From Octopus vulgaris (lineage: Eukaryota), in contig OX597836.1 in assembly GCA_951406725.2 (NCBI GenBank), positions 7,564,001-7,628,000 on the forward strand: a DNA stretch of 64,000 bases, in the 5' to 3' direction. The notes below the pieces were generated by a model. That model did no database searches, was not told the DNA's origin, and was given only the letters and a program-made list of their open reading frames with translations. The translations under genes were made by a program, and so were the position numbers. Positions 28,382 through 40,830 of the stretch are shown piece by piece; the stretch's first letter is position 1; every line of letters begins with the position of its first letter.

Positions 28382-28486
28382 ACGACACACGTTTCATGAC
28401 TATGCATACAAATCTACAATATCAAAATCGATACTCTCAAAAATTAATATTTCTTTGATCCAACAATACATAGCCACTCTTCAGGT
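28382..28486 (-). ncRNA. Type I hammerhead ribozyme motif with intact core and long helix II loop (Penelope-like terminus)
   Basis: Minus strand: ac-CTGAAGA-gtggctatgtat-[58 nt]-atgcatagtcat-GAAA-c-gtgt-GTC-gt; 12-bp helix II (3 G.U pairs), GUC triplet; helix I only 2 bp. Confidence 0.55.
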
Positions 28487-28510
28487 CTATATATATATAT
28501 ATATAAACAT

Positions 28511-28757
28511 GTACAAGCTGATATTAAAAGTTCCTGGACTAGTTCTGTAGTATGCCAACAGATGGCAGCACATGGCTGCGTGCGCAATGAGAGCTAGCAG
28601 TGACCTTCATGAGGCAGTGTGCCAAGTGACATTGCTATTTTTACTTCGCATGTTGTGAAATTTGTGTTTGTGATCGCATGTAAGCTGTAGTCTGTGATTT
28701 CGTCACAGACAGGAACAAAGAGCCAACATGAAATTTTGCGTTAACTTGGGAAAATCT
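28511..28757 (+). mobile_element. 5' fragment of a mariner-like transposon
   Basis: Encodes EQRANMKFCVNLGKS, typical of mariner transposase N-termini (EQR..IKFC.KLGKS); preceded by a TIR-like ...aaaagttcctgg; truncated by a HINE-like piece. Confidence 0.6.
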
Positions 28758-30071
28758 CATCAGTTTGTTCCAGTCACGAGGTCAAACATTGCTGAAAGTT
28801 TCATCCAAATCCATCCAGCATTTCTTGAGATATCTTGTCCACAGACAAACAAACAAACAAACATGACTGAAAACAAAACCTCCACCTTCGCTAAGGTGGA
28901 GGTAATAATAATAATAATAATTTATTTCTTTATTGCCCACAGGGGGCTAAACATAGAGGGGACAGACAAAGGGATTAAGTCAATTAAATCGACCCCTTTG
29001 CTTAACTGGTACTTATTTAATCGACCCTGAAAGGATGAAAGACAAAGCCGACCTTGGTGGAATTTGAACTCAGAACGTAATGGCAGACGAAATATAGTGC
29101 TCAGGTGCACTACAACTCATCAAAGGTGCATGTACAGTACTTAGAATTATGTACAAAAGTCAGGGAAGTGAACAGTGTACGAGTCATGATATACAGGTGT
29201 GCATGCATATGGAGGTGGGATATCAGGTGTAGTGTTGGCAAATTTCAGGAAGTATGGAGGTTTTAAAGGATGCCAAGGCCTGACAGCTAACAACTGATGC
29301 CAGCAGTTTGTAACTCTGAGTGTGAAAAATGTTTCCGAAAGTCATGGGAGATGTACTATTTTCTGGCTTTGTAAGTACCAGTTAAGCACTGGGGTTGATG
29401 TAATCAACATTCCCCTGCACCCTAACCAAAAAAAAAAAAAAAAATTTCAGGTCTTCTGCCTACAGTAGAAAGAATTATTATTATTGAGGCGATCCACTGG
29501 CAGAACCATTTCTATGCCAGAGAAAATGTTTAGTGCCATTCCTCCTGGTTTTATGATCTCACTGAGGTCAGCCTTGCCTGCCATCCTTTCGGGGTCAATG
29601 AAATAAATACCAGTTGAGTACTGGGGGTGCGGGTGGGGGTCAATGCAAACGGCTAAACTCTCCCACTAAAATTGCTGGCCTTGGCCCAAAATTTGAGACA
29701 GCTATTTTTAGCAGTGGTGGAAGGGTGTGGCGGTGGTGGTGGTGGTGGTAGTAGTAGTAGTAGTAATAGTAGTAGTAGTAGTAGTGGCGGTGGTGGTGGT
29801 GGTAGTAGTAGTACTAGTAGTAGTAGTAGTAGTAGTAGTTTTGCCTAAACGTCATTCCAATTCAATGTTTTTTGTTGATGTTTTGTTTTGTTGTTTTTTT
29901 TTTGTTTTATTATCAGGAAATGTAATTTATTAAAATCTCCAAACTTCACAGCAATTTTCAGTTTTCTAATTAAACCAGTAATCAAATTACAATAATTGCA
30001 CCTCTCCACTTTACTCCACCCCCTATCCTGCACCCCCCATCACTCTTTTGCTCTCACACTCTCTCTTTCTT

Positions 30072-30103
<32 letters not shown>

Positions 30104-30437
30104 ACCTCCTCTTCCTTCTTTTCTTATTCCTCTGCCTTTGTCTTCATCTCTTAATCTTCACCTTTCTTTCTCTCCCTGTCTTTCTCTTTCCCCTCCCCTC
30201 TCTTTTCCTTCTCTCTCTCTCTCTCAACTTCCTCATCTCCCCTCTTTTCATCCCCCTCTCTCTCTTTGTCAGTCTCTCCTCTTCATTCATATGCTTACAG
30301 CTTCTAATATTTTCTTCCTCATTACTCATCTGTAATTCTTGCATGTGTGCATGTGTGTGTGTAGATATAGATATATACATACTTTTTTTGTTGAATTTTC
30401 TATCACAGAACAGTATATGTGTGTGTGTGTGTGTGTG

Positions 30438-30481
<44 letters not shown>

Positions 30482-31079
30482 TTGTCATTTAATGTCCACC
30501 TCCCAGGCTGGCCTGGGTTGGACGGGTTGGCTGAGGGCTGGCAAGCCAGAAGGCTTCAAAGTTTCTACAGCTGGATGCCCTTCCTAATGCCAACCACTCC
30601 AAGAGTGTAATTAATGGGTGCTATATATGTATGTATGTATAGGTATGTTTATATATTGATAGATAGATAGATAGATATATGTATGTATGTATATTTTTAT
30701 ATATATATATATATATGCATATATTTATATATAAGCTGAGACCCCCTTCGGTCATGACTGACCATGGCATTGCACCTAGAAAGTTACCCTCCCAGGCACA
30801 AGTTTGGGCAAGGTTGTTTTTATGGAAGACCAGCAGTCGCCCATGCATACCGGCCTCCCCTCTCCACGCCACCGATGTTATCCAAGGGAAAGGCAAAGGC
30901 CGATACAGCTTGGCACCAGTGACGTCCAGCTGAGTGAACTGGAGCAACATGAAATAAAGTGTCTTGCTCAAGAACACAACATGCAGCCCGGACTGGGAAT
31001 CAAACTTACAACCTCACGATCGTAAGCTCGACGCTCTAATCACTGAGCCATGAGCCTTCACTTTACTTTATATATATAA

Positions 31080-31113
<34 letters not shown>

Positions 31114-32016
31114 CCATATTTAAACTAACAAATAAAAAGCAGAAATAAAATAATTGGTAAAAGATTTAAATGAAATGCAGTGAGATAACGAGGGAACCGA
31201 TGACAATAAAATGCGGTAAACGAGATGACAATAAAAGAGCTAATAGAAGGAAATAAAATGAAATTATCATAAAAGAGACGATGAGGATATGAAAGGGGGG
31301 AAAGCAGCACCATTAGGCAAGGTAGCTCTTAATTCTGAATTTTAAAGAGATCATGTGCGTGAGCAAGTGTGAAAGAACGTGTACACAGGTGTGTCAAAAA
31401 TAAATAGACACCTCTTGTTAAGATGTTTTATCTGTGCTGACATTATTTAGTTCATTGAACAAACAGGTTAAATAATTAAAAGACTACATAAAGCATGTCT
31501 TCTAAATATTAGGTTAAGTATTTAAATGCTTCGAATTATGTTATTTTGTTTCTAGAAATAATTCTTTCAAAAAATGCTAGTGTCTATTTACTTTTGAGCT
31601 GCTCATTTATATGTTTATACATGAAAAGGTGTAATCTTACGTGTGTGTGTGTGTGCACAGCTCTGTGTGTTTGAACTCCTGTATGTGTGTGTGTACATGT
31701 GCATGTGTATGTGCACCTGTATTGAGCGTATGTGCCTGTATGTGTGTGTGTAAGTGTATGTGCCTGTATGTGTGTGCACCTGTATGTGTGTGTGTGTGTG
31801 TGCACACCTGTATGGAATTATAGTAAATGAAAAAAACTGAAACACCTTTGATTGCAGGTCTCCTTGATAAGGGCCTACCTGGGGTCAAATAGTAACAACA
31901 GCAACACAGTGTGTTAGGTGGGTTGTAAGTCAATTCTTTAACGTTGAAAGATCAACCTCTTCCTTCATCACGTGATTAATGTGGGGTTTTTTTTCCATAT
32001 TTTTGTATTTTTGCAG

Positions 32017-32139
32017 GAATCCGACTAACATTGCGCGGTAAAGTACACATAGAATGGAAGATTATGAGAACTGGAGAGCGCCGGACGGTGAAGCAAGACC
32101 ATTATTACATTGATGACAAAACTGTTATTTGGGGGAAAG
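32017..32139 (+). CDS. Alpha-arrestin coding exon 2
   Basis: Acceptor ttttgcag; (G)IRLTLRGKVHIEWKIMRTGERRTVKQDHYYIDDKTVIWGK; donor G|gtaact; phase 1 to 1. Confidence 0.93.
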
Positions 32140-33223
32140 GTAACTGTCTCCTTTATCTGTTTTTTTGTTTGTTTTGGGGTTTTTGTTTTTTTCATTGTGA
32201 CACCTGCTTATGGAATCAGAAAAAGCAATGCAGTACCCATGACTTTTGAAAATATATCTTTCTCACTCGGAATTGTCGAAGCATGAAATAAACTACCCAT
32301 ATCAGTTGTTAGCTGTCAGGACACTCATTATCATCATCATCAGCGTAGTTTAATGTCCACTTTCCATGCTGGCATGGGTTGGATGGTTTGACTGAGGACT
32401 GGTGAGCCAGAGGCTACACCAGGCTCAATCTGATCTGGCAAAGTTTCTACAGCTGAATGTCCTTCCACACGCCAATGACTCTGAGAGTGTAGTGGGCCCT
32501 TTTACGTACCACTGATACAAGGGCAGTCAGGCAGTTCTGGCAACGATCATGCTCAAAAGGTGTTTTTTATGTGCTACCTGCATGGGAACCAGTCCAGCGG
32601 CACAAGCAACAACCACGCTCAAATGTTTTTCATGTGCCTGTAAGGCAACGCTGGCAACAATCACGCTCGAATGGTGCGTTTACATTCCACTGGCATGGAA
32701 GCCAAGCCGTGGCCCTGGCAACGATCACGCTCGGATGTGCTTTTAACGTTCCACTGGCACAAGTGCCAATCAGGCAGTACTGTCATCAGCCACATCAGCA
32801 ATTTTGATTTCACTTGCCTCAATGTCTTCACAAGCAAAGTTTATTGTCCAATGAATGAGGGGTATTCATAAATGGGCTGGTTACACCCACAGGCATAGGC
32901 CATGAGCTATGGTCTCACTTGGCTTGTCGGATCTTCTCAAGCACAGCATATCTCCAAAGGTCTCGGTTACTAGTCATTGCTTCGGTGAGGCCCAATGTTC
33001 GAAAGGTCATGCTTCACCACCTCATCCCAGGTTTTTAAAAAAAGTAAATACTGGGGTCAGTTTGTTTGACTACAGCCTTTCCAAGCATTGCTACAGCATG
33101 GCCACACTCCAATGACTACAACCAGTAGAAGACTAAAAGCAGTACCTTTTTATTTTTTATATTTTTATTCATTTAGTCATTTATTCATGTATTTATTTAT
33201 TTTTTTTTTTTTTTTTTTTGCAG

Positions 33224-33453
33224 ATAAGAATGAAGAAGGTAGTGTCCCAATTCTACCCCGAGGAAACCATCGTTACCCGTTCCAGTTCCAGCTACCAGAA
33301 TCAGCCTTACCGTGTTCTTTTGAGAGTAAAATGGCTACCATACGTTATTATCTTCGAGTTGTCATTGATATGCCATATGCTTCATCTCCACAAGGGATTA
33401 AGTATTTCACTATAATCGGTCCTCATATAGACTGCATGGATGAGAGGTTTTTG
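33224..33453 (+). CDS. Alpha-arrestin coding exon 3
   Basis: Poly-T-gcag acceptor; LPRGNHRYPFQFQLPESALPCSFESKMATIRYYLRVVID is the canonical arrestin-N motif (L..G.H.YPF.F.LP...LP.SFE...G.IRY); donor TTG|gtaag. Confidence 0.96.
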
Positions 33454-33580
33454 GTAAGATAAAGAAATTATTTATTGCTTACAAAAATATGTTACAGAAT
33501 ATCTATGTTTATCATTCTACACATCCTATAACTCCCAGTATTGGAGACGCCAAGTTGTTATTATGATAGAATGGTAAAAA

Positions 33581-33960
33581 GGCGTATGAGTGGCTGTGTG
33601 GTAAGTAGCTTGCTTACCAACAACATGGTTCCGGGTTCAGTCCCACTGCGTGGCACCTTGGGCAAGTGTCTTCTACTATAGCCTCGGGCTGACCAAAGCC
33701 TTGTGAGTGGATTTGGTAGATGGAAACTGAAAGAAGCCCGTCGTGTATATGTATGTGTTTGTGTGTCTGTGTTTGTCCCCACAACATCGCTTGACAACCG
33801 ATGCTGGTGTGTTTACGTCCCCGTAACTTAGCAGTTCGGCAAAAGACCCCGATAGAATAAGTACTAGGCTCACAAAGAATAAGTTCTGGGGTCGATTTAC
33901 TCGACTAAAGGCGGTGCTCCAGCATGGCCACAGTCGAATGACTGAAACAAGTAAAAGAGA
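33581..33960 (+). mobile_element. tRNA-derived SINE, family A (best-preserved copy)
   Basis: A-box-like tggctgtgtggt, B-box-like gggttcagtccc, conserved body and A-rich tail; more than 15 full or partial copies in the window on both strands. Confidence 0.9.
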
Positions 33961-34924
33961 AAGAGAGAGAGAAGAGAAAGAGAGGCGATCTTAGCTAAAA
34001 TCTATAAACATAATTGCATGAAATTTAGCAGATATGAAGTGGTTTGAGCCCAGTCTGGAGCAGATTTTTCAGGCTGGTTTTGGGGTGTGACATCGTGTTT
34101 GTGATGTGATGTTGATTGAGAAATAAAGTATCCAGTTGTCTATGTTTGTTGCATTCTCTAAATGTTCCTTTTTGGAATTAATTTATCATCATCATTATCA
34201 TTGTTTAGCATTTGCTTTCCATGCTGGCATGGGTTGGACGGTTTGACAGGAGCTGGCCAGGCAGACGACTGCACCAGACTTCTGTGTCTATTTTGGGCAT
34301 GGGTTTTATGGCTGGATGCCCTTCCTAACACCAACCATGGTGGTGATGGTGGTGGTGGTGACAGTGATGGTGGTGGTGATTTATGTGTGTATATGTATAT
34401 ATATTATTCAAGGGGGACAAGCTCATCTCTTTATGTCTGTATGTATGTCTGTCTGTTTACCTATCAGTCTCTCTCTCTCTCCCTCTCTCTCTCTCTCTCC
34501 CTCTCTCTATTCTAAATATCGAATATTCTCTCTCTCTCTCTTTCTTTCTTTCTCTCTGTTTCTCTAATGTTATATTCTAAATATCGAATATATCTACCCT
34601 TCTTTCTCTCCTCTCTCTTTCTCTTTCTCTCTCTCTCTTTCTCTCTGTTTCTCTAATGTTACAAATATTCTAAGTATCGAATATGTCTACCTCTCTCTTT
34701 TTCTCTCTCTCTTTTTGTTTCTCTCTCTCTCCTCCTCTTTCTCTAATGTTACAAACATTCCACTTATTGAATACATCTACCTGTCTCTCTCTCTTTCTCT
34801 CAATCTCCCTCCCTCTCTCTTTTTCTCTCTCTCTCTCTCTCTCTATTTATCATCACCTACCTGTCTCTCTGTTTGTCTGTCTCCAGTCTTACAAATGTTC
34901 TAAACGTTGACTGTCTCCTTGCAG

Positions 34925-35104
34925 AGCCCTCAGGAAGCACAAGATAAGAACAACAACTGCTGCTTCTGTTGTGGAACTGGTCCATTAGTGCTCAAGGCTA
35001 CTCTTGACCGAAGTGGCTATTGTTGCGGAGAAAACATCAGGCTGAAGGCTGAGATACAGAACAACAGTGATGAAAATGTCTGGTTGGTGTGCAAGCTAAT
35101 GCAG
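34925..35104 (+). CDS. Alpha-arrestin coding exon 4
   Basis: Acceptor ccttgcag; SPQEAQDKNNNCCFCCGTGPLVLKATLDRSGYCCGENIRLKAEIQNNS is the arrestin-C start (CC.CC.SGP, GY..GE.I, I.N.S); donor CAG|gtaag. Confidence 0.95.
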
Positions 35105-35169
35105 GTAAGACACACACACACACACACACACACTTACACACACACACACACACATACAAACTTACACAT

Positions 35170-35202
<33 letters not shown>

Positions 35203-35438
35203 TATATATATAAACTTACACATACATACACACACACATGCATGCATGCATCCATGTGTGTTTTTATGTATAACTGCACCTGAAGACGTGCAAATATTAA
35301 GAGCACTCTGTGCATAAAAGCAGAGTATGTAGTGTGAATATGAATCTGCATTTTACTCTGCTACTCTGCAAATGTTGAAGTGACTTGAAAGTGTTGCTCA
35401 AGATTGACTTCATCAGAGTGTACAACATATATTAATAT

Positions 35439-35485
<47 letters not shown>

Positions 35486-35862
35486 TATACATATTTGTGT
35501 ATATTTTTATATATATATGTGTGTGTGTGTGTATTATGCATATGTGTACATATATATATATATATATATCATCATCATCGTCATCATCATTTAGCGTCCG
35601 TTTTCCATGCTAGCATGGGTGGGACGGTTTAACTGGGGTCTGTGAAGCCGGAAGGCTTCATCAGGCCCAGTCAGATGGCAGTGTTTCTACGGCTGGATGC
35701 CCTTTCTAACGCCAACCACTCTGTGAGTGTAGTGGGTGCTTTTTACGTGCCACTTGCACAGGTGCCAGACAGAGCTGGCAAACGGCCACGAACGGATGGT
35801 GCTTTTACGTGCCACCGGCACGGGGGCCAGGCAAGGCTGGCAATGGACACGAATGGATGGTG

Positions 35863-35911
<49 letters not shown>

Positions 35912-36108
35912 GTATGTATATATACAGTGTACATTCAAACACAAGAGATGACTCATAATAGGACATCTGACTCACTAGAAAGAGCAGTTAAACCTCCAAG
36001 CCACTAATAGTCGCAATTCTGTACAGTCTATTGACTAAATTTTTCCTTAAAATGAACCTACATTTTTGTTTTGTCTTTTTCTGATATACTTCTCCTCTTC
36101 TGTTGCAG

Positions 36109-36309
36109 TACGTGCAATTCTTCATTAACAAAGGGGTGCTGGGCTTAAATAAAGACACATCTCACAAAGTATTTGAGGTAGAAGGTAGCTCTGTAGCCCC
36201 TTTTACCACAGCCAGAATCGATGACCTCTCCCAACAGCTTCAAGTTCCTGTTATGCCCCCAACTCTACTCCATGTTTGCCAGAATGTTGAGATATTCTAT
36301 TCACTAAAA
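36109..36309 (+). CDS. Alpha-arrestin coding exon 5
   Basis: Acceptor tgttgcag; YVQFFINKG...LQVPVMPPTLLHVCQNVEIFYSLK (arrestin-C L.VP..PPT....C..I.I.Y.L); donor AAA|gtaagt. Confidence 0.94.
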
Positions 36310-36563
36310 GTAAGTATTTTTTTTTTTAATTTTATTTTCTTACAGGTTTCTGTCATAAATTGTCTTTTTACCTGCTGACATTTGTAAATAACGGTTACTA
36401 GCAGAAAAAGAAATAGGTTCAATGCCTCAGACTTATGAAGAGAAGAGGTGAAAAAGATTTTCTGATGTTCATGCAAAGATGTGTTTTTTTGCAAGAATAT
36501 TATTAACCCTTTCGTTATCCTATTTATTTTGAGATGCTCTGTGTTTCTTTCAATTAATTTTAA

Positions 36564-36784
36564 CCCTTTAGTGTTCGCATTATTCTGCCAAAATTAATGC
36601 TTTTTCATCTACATTGTTTTGAACTAATCATACATTATCTTGTAACTATGAGATTTTGATGAGGTAGCTGTTAATTTTTAAAACAATATTGTAGGGTTGG
36701 TGTGAGAGACCAGCTCTGGCAAGTGTGAACATAAAACAGGCAGAATACTTTTGGCCGGATATAACCGGTTTAAATGCTAAAGGG
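36564..36784. mobile_element. piggyBac-type MITE nested in another piggyBac-type MITE
   Basis: TTAA at 36560-36563 and 36785-36788; TIRs ccctttagtgtt / aatgctaaaggg; the flanks are a reverse-oriented copy of the 15125-15340 element. Confidence 0.8.
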
Positions 36785-37242
36785 TTAAATGTAACAAAGA
36801 ATTTAATAAAATAACTTAGGTATCATTAAGCTAGTGTTAGGAACATAAATTGTGACTAAGTGTAAAACACAGGACCACAGCATAAGGCATAGCTTGGGTT
36901 CAATGATTTTGACTGAGGGCTGGCAAACCAGATGGCTGCACCAGGCTCCAATCTTGATTTGGCAGAGTTTCTACAGCTGGATGCCCTTCCTAACGCCAAC
37001 CACTCCGAGAGTGTAGTGGGTGTTTTTTACGTGCCACTGGCACAGGTGCCAGTAAGGCGCTGTTGATAACAATCACACTCGAATGGTGCCCTTTTATGTG
37101 CCACCGGCACGGAAGCCAGTTGGCTGCTCTGGCGGCGGTCACGCTCGGATGGTGCTCTTGGCACCCTACTAGCACGGGCACAAGTGCCAGTAAGGCGACG
37201 CTGGTAACGATCGTATATATATATATATATATATACACTACA

Positions 37243-37495
37243 CTACAGCTCTATGCCTTATACTGTAAGTCTATGCCTTATTCTGTGGTCCTCTGTTTTA
37301 CACTGCTACTCTATGCCTTATTCTGCAGCTTTATCCCTCTTATTACAGTGTTATGCCTTTATACTGTAAGTCTATGCCTTATGCTGTGGTCCTGTGTTTT
37401 ATAGTACAGCTCTATGCCTTATTCTGCATCTTTATGCCTTTTATTACAGTGCTATGCCTTATACTGTAAGTGTATGCCTTATGCTATGGCCTTAT
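37243..37495. repeat. ~20-bp degenerate minisatellite (ctatgccttat core)
   Basis: About 12 units such as ctctatgccttatactgtaag, with a longer-period duplication. Confidence 0.85.
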
Positions 37496-37997
37496 ATTTG
37501 TATTTAATTAATACTACATCACCCAGATATGTTCTTTCTTTACTGAGGAAGTAGAGAGTGTGAAGAAGGTTTGGCTGCTATTTCTATTTCTAAGAAGTGA
37601 AGCAACAGCATAGAACAGACTTGGCCAACTCGAATTACATTGCGGTCCACTTTAATCACAGAAAGTTTTTTGAGGGCCGCTTGCACTCTGACAGAATTGA
37701 AAGCATTTTGCTTTCTCATGCTTATTATTACAATAATCGTTGACTCAACATGAAACATTATCATTGCTAAAACAGAATCTTTCTTTCTTTTTCTACTTTT
37801 CATTACAATCTTTCATTTTTGATAAAAAAATTTTAAATGTTTGTTTAAATAAACCCATTTCAACAAAGTATCAAGTGGGCCACAAGATAAAGGGCTTCGG
37901 GCCACATGGGGACTCTCTCATTAGCTAATAACTGTCATTTTTGTTGTTGTTGCTGCTGTTGTTGTTGTTGTTTATTTCTCTGTATTGTATATCTTAG

Positions 37998-38109
37998 GTA
38001 TATCTACACATGGAAAAAACTGGTGACGTCCTCCATATTGAATTCCCAATAACAATCGGAACAGTTCCTTTCCGTATTCCAAACAGTCCAGCCCCTGAAG
38101 TCAGATATG
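37998..38109 (+). CDS. Alpha-arrestin coding exon 6 (absent from the ORF track)
   Basis: Acceptor atcttag; VYLHMEKTGDVLHIEFPITIGTVPFRIPNSPAPEVRY contains the arrestin-C terminal motif P(I/V)TIGTVP; donor G|gtgagt. Confidence 0.94.
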
Positions 38110-38355
38110 GTGAGTATTAACCACCTCCTTGTTTTTGTTGCTGCTGTTTTTGTTGTTGTTGTTAAGCAACAAGACAGGGTGTAAGGGTGATTAGGTGATG
38201 GTCTAGGGCTTAGGGACGGGAGACCCCAGACCTTGGAAAAAAAAACTTTGGTCGTCTTGTTGTAATCGAGGACTCTTCGTTGACGCCCGACACTAATGGG
38301 AGGTGGCCCTCGAAGTCGCTGGAAACGGAGATCTCCAGGTTCAAATTCTTGAACA

Positions 38356-38419
<64 letters not shown>

Positions 38420-38778
38420 ATGCTGCTGCTGCTGATGATGTTGTTGTTATGTATGAGGAGAGGATTGCATTGTTGCAGAGTCATCAAACAAACATAAAAA
38501 CATTCAAACACACACACACACACACGAACACACACACACACACACATACAAACACACACCACACACATTTATAAACACTTATCTATAAATACACATACAC
38601 ATTCATTATACACAGACCCACACATTCATAAAGAGACACACAATCACATTCATAAACACATACAAGCACACACACATATATGTGCATATTCAGAAGTGCA
38701 CATTCACAAATATACACACGTGACTATAGATATATTCATAAAAAATATATATACACACATACATATACATATAAGCAC

Positions 38779-39174
38779 AAGAGTGGCTGTGTGGTAAGAA
38801 GCTTGCTTCACAACCACATGATTCCGGGTTCAGTCCCACTGTGTAGCACCTTGGACAAGTGTCTTCTACTATAGCCTCAGGCCATCTAAAGCCTTGTGAG
38901 TGGATATGGTAGATGGAAACTGAAAGAAGCCCATCGTATATATATATATATATATATGTATGTATATATTTATGTGTTTGTCCCTCCCACCATCGCTTGA
39001 CAACAGATGTTGGTGTGTTTATGTACCTGTAACTTAGCAGTCAGGGAAAAGTGACTGATAGAATAAGTACCAGGCTTACAAAGAATAAGTCCTGGTGTCG
39101 ATTTGTTCGACTAAAGGCAGTGCTCCAGCATGGCTGCAGTCAAATGACTGACACAAGTAAAAGAATAACAGAAT
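38779..39174 (+). mobile_element. tRNA-derived SINE, family A
   Basis: Same as 33581-33960. Confidence 0.85.
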
Positions 39175-39689
39175 ATACGTACACATAAATATGCATACAC
39201 ACACATACTTTCTCTCACACTTACACACACACACATATTTATAGACACATGTTCATAATCACATGCCTGTGTGATCTATGATTAAGGAATTTGCTTAACG
39301 ACCACATGGTGCCAAGTTTGCTGCCACTGGGCAACAACTGTGATGAATGTTTCCAATTGTAGCCTTAAGCATTTTGCTTATAAGGCATTGGTTAAAACCT
39401 ATGCTTTGCATTTGAAATTTGGTAGGCATTAAATAAGTTGACATTTGAAGAACTCCAGGAATTTAGGTTTTGTATGAATCCATGAGATTGATCCTTGAAC
39501 TCTTTTGTTACCGTATTTCTCTTCAACTCTGCTGCCTTTGCTTTGATTGATATTGGAAACAATGAAGAATTTAGTGAAATAATGTTGCCATTATTAAGCT
39601 TGTGTTTGGAGCATAAATTCTAGTAATTTTGACTCTTAAGTGTTGATTAACTTGTCTAATAAGCCCCTCATTTCTGTGTCTGTTTTCAG

Positions 39690-40489
39690 AGAATGCTGTC
39701 AGCCATGTTGAAGGTGGCATCTACATCAGTTCAGAGTTCCAGTTTGGTGGCGTGTACATGGGTGACGAAGATGAACACACTGAAGAGGTTGTACTTTACA
39801 GACCTGTCTATGTCTGCGTGCCACACGCAAAACTAAGCCATTCTAATTCCGCACTTTCAGACAAGAAAGACAAAGACCAGATATCAAAGGACTCTTCGAA
39901 AGAGAAGTTAAAAGCCGAAGAACAAACGAAACCTGCTACCAAAGGAGAAGAAGCAACAGTGACCAATTCCGAGGAAATTGTCAACCTCAAAGACACTGTT
40001 TCCTCAGACACAACTGATAAAATAAGTTATGCTATGAAAGAAGTGGCTAAAGTTAATGTCGAAGCCAGTGTAATCTCAGAAACAAGTGCTGCAGACGTGG
40101 ATGTTACCAGCAAAGAAGACAAATCTGGAGATGCTGTGGAGAAAGTAGCTGTTAGCAGTGAACAAACAGGCGAAGCTGTCAGTGTTGATAAAGGAGCTGT
40201 GAAAACAAGCAACAGTAGTAGTAAAAGCGGTGGCGGTGATGCTGACGGTGGTGGAGGAGGCAGTGGTGGTGTAGAGGATTTAGCTACTCCTAACGCCGTG
40301 CATCTCGTGTCTGTCGAGTCGGAGCCACAAGCAGCATCCAGTCGGAAGACCGACGTAAACAGCATACATCTGTCGAATGACAACTCGCAAATCGACCACT
40401 CGGAGACAGCTCAGAAGACGTCAGTCGAAGGAGAAACTTTAGTGAAAGAGAATTCCAAAACAGCAACGGAAGCCATTATACCGAGTTAA
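39690..40489 (+). CDS. Alpha-arrestin terminal coding exon 7 (short conserved-looking segment plus long low-complexity tail)
   Basis: Acceptor tgttttcag; phase 1 continues as (E)NAVSHVEGGIYISSEFQFGGVYMGDEDEHTEEVVLYRPVYVCVP into ORF 39752..40489, ending at TAA. Confidence 0.9.
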
Positions 40490-40611
40490 TTTCATTTGAA
40501 TTTTATCCTAACGACTGAGATTTAATAACACGTAAATACATTCTGTTCCATACACACAATCAAACACACAAACAAACACACACATACATACACATTTGCA
40601 AACATGGGCAC

Positions 40612-40660
<49 letters not shown>

Positions 40661-40723
40661 GTATTATATATATATGTATATATATGTGTGTATATATATG
40701 TATATATATATGTATATATATAA

Positions 40724-40830
<107 letters not shown>

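Noticed and set aside
39808-40383. Antisense ORFs over exon 7
   Set aside because: Shadow frames of the real + strand coding exon.
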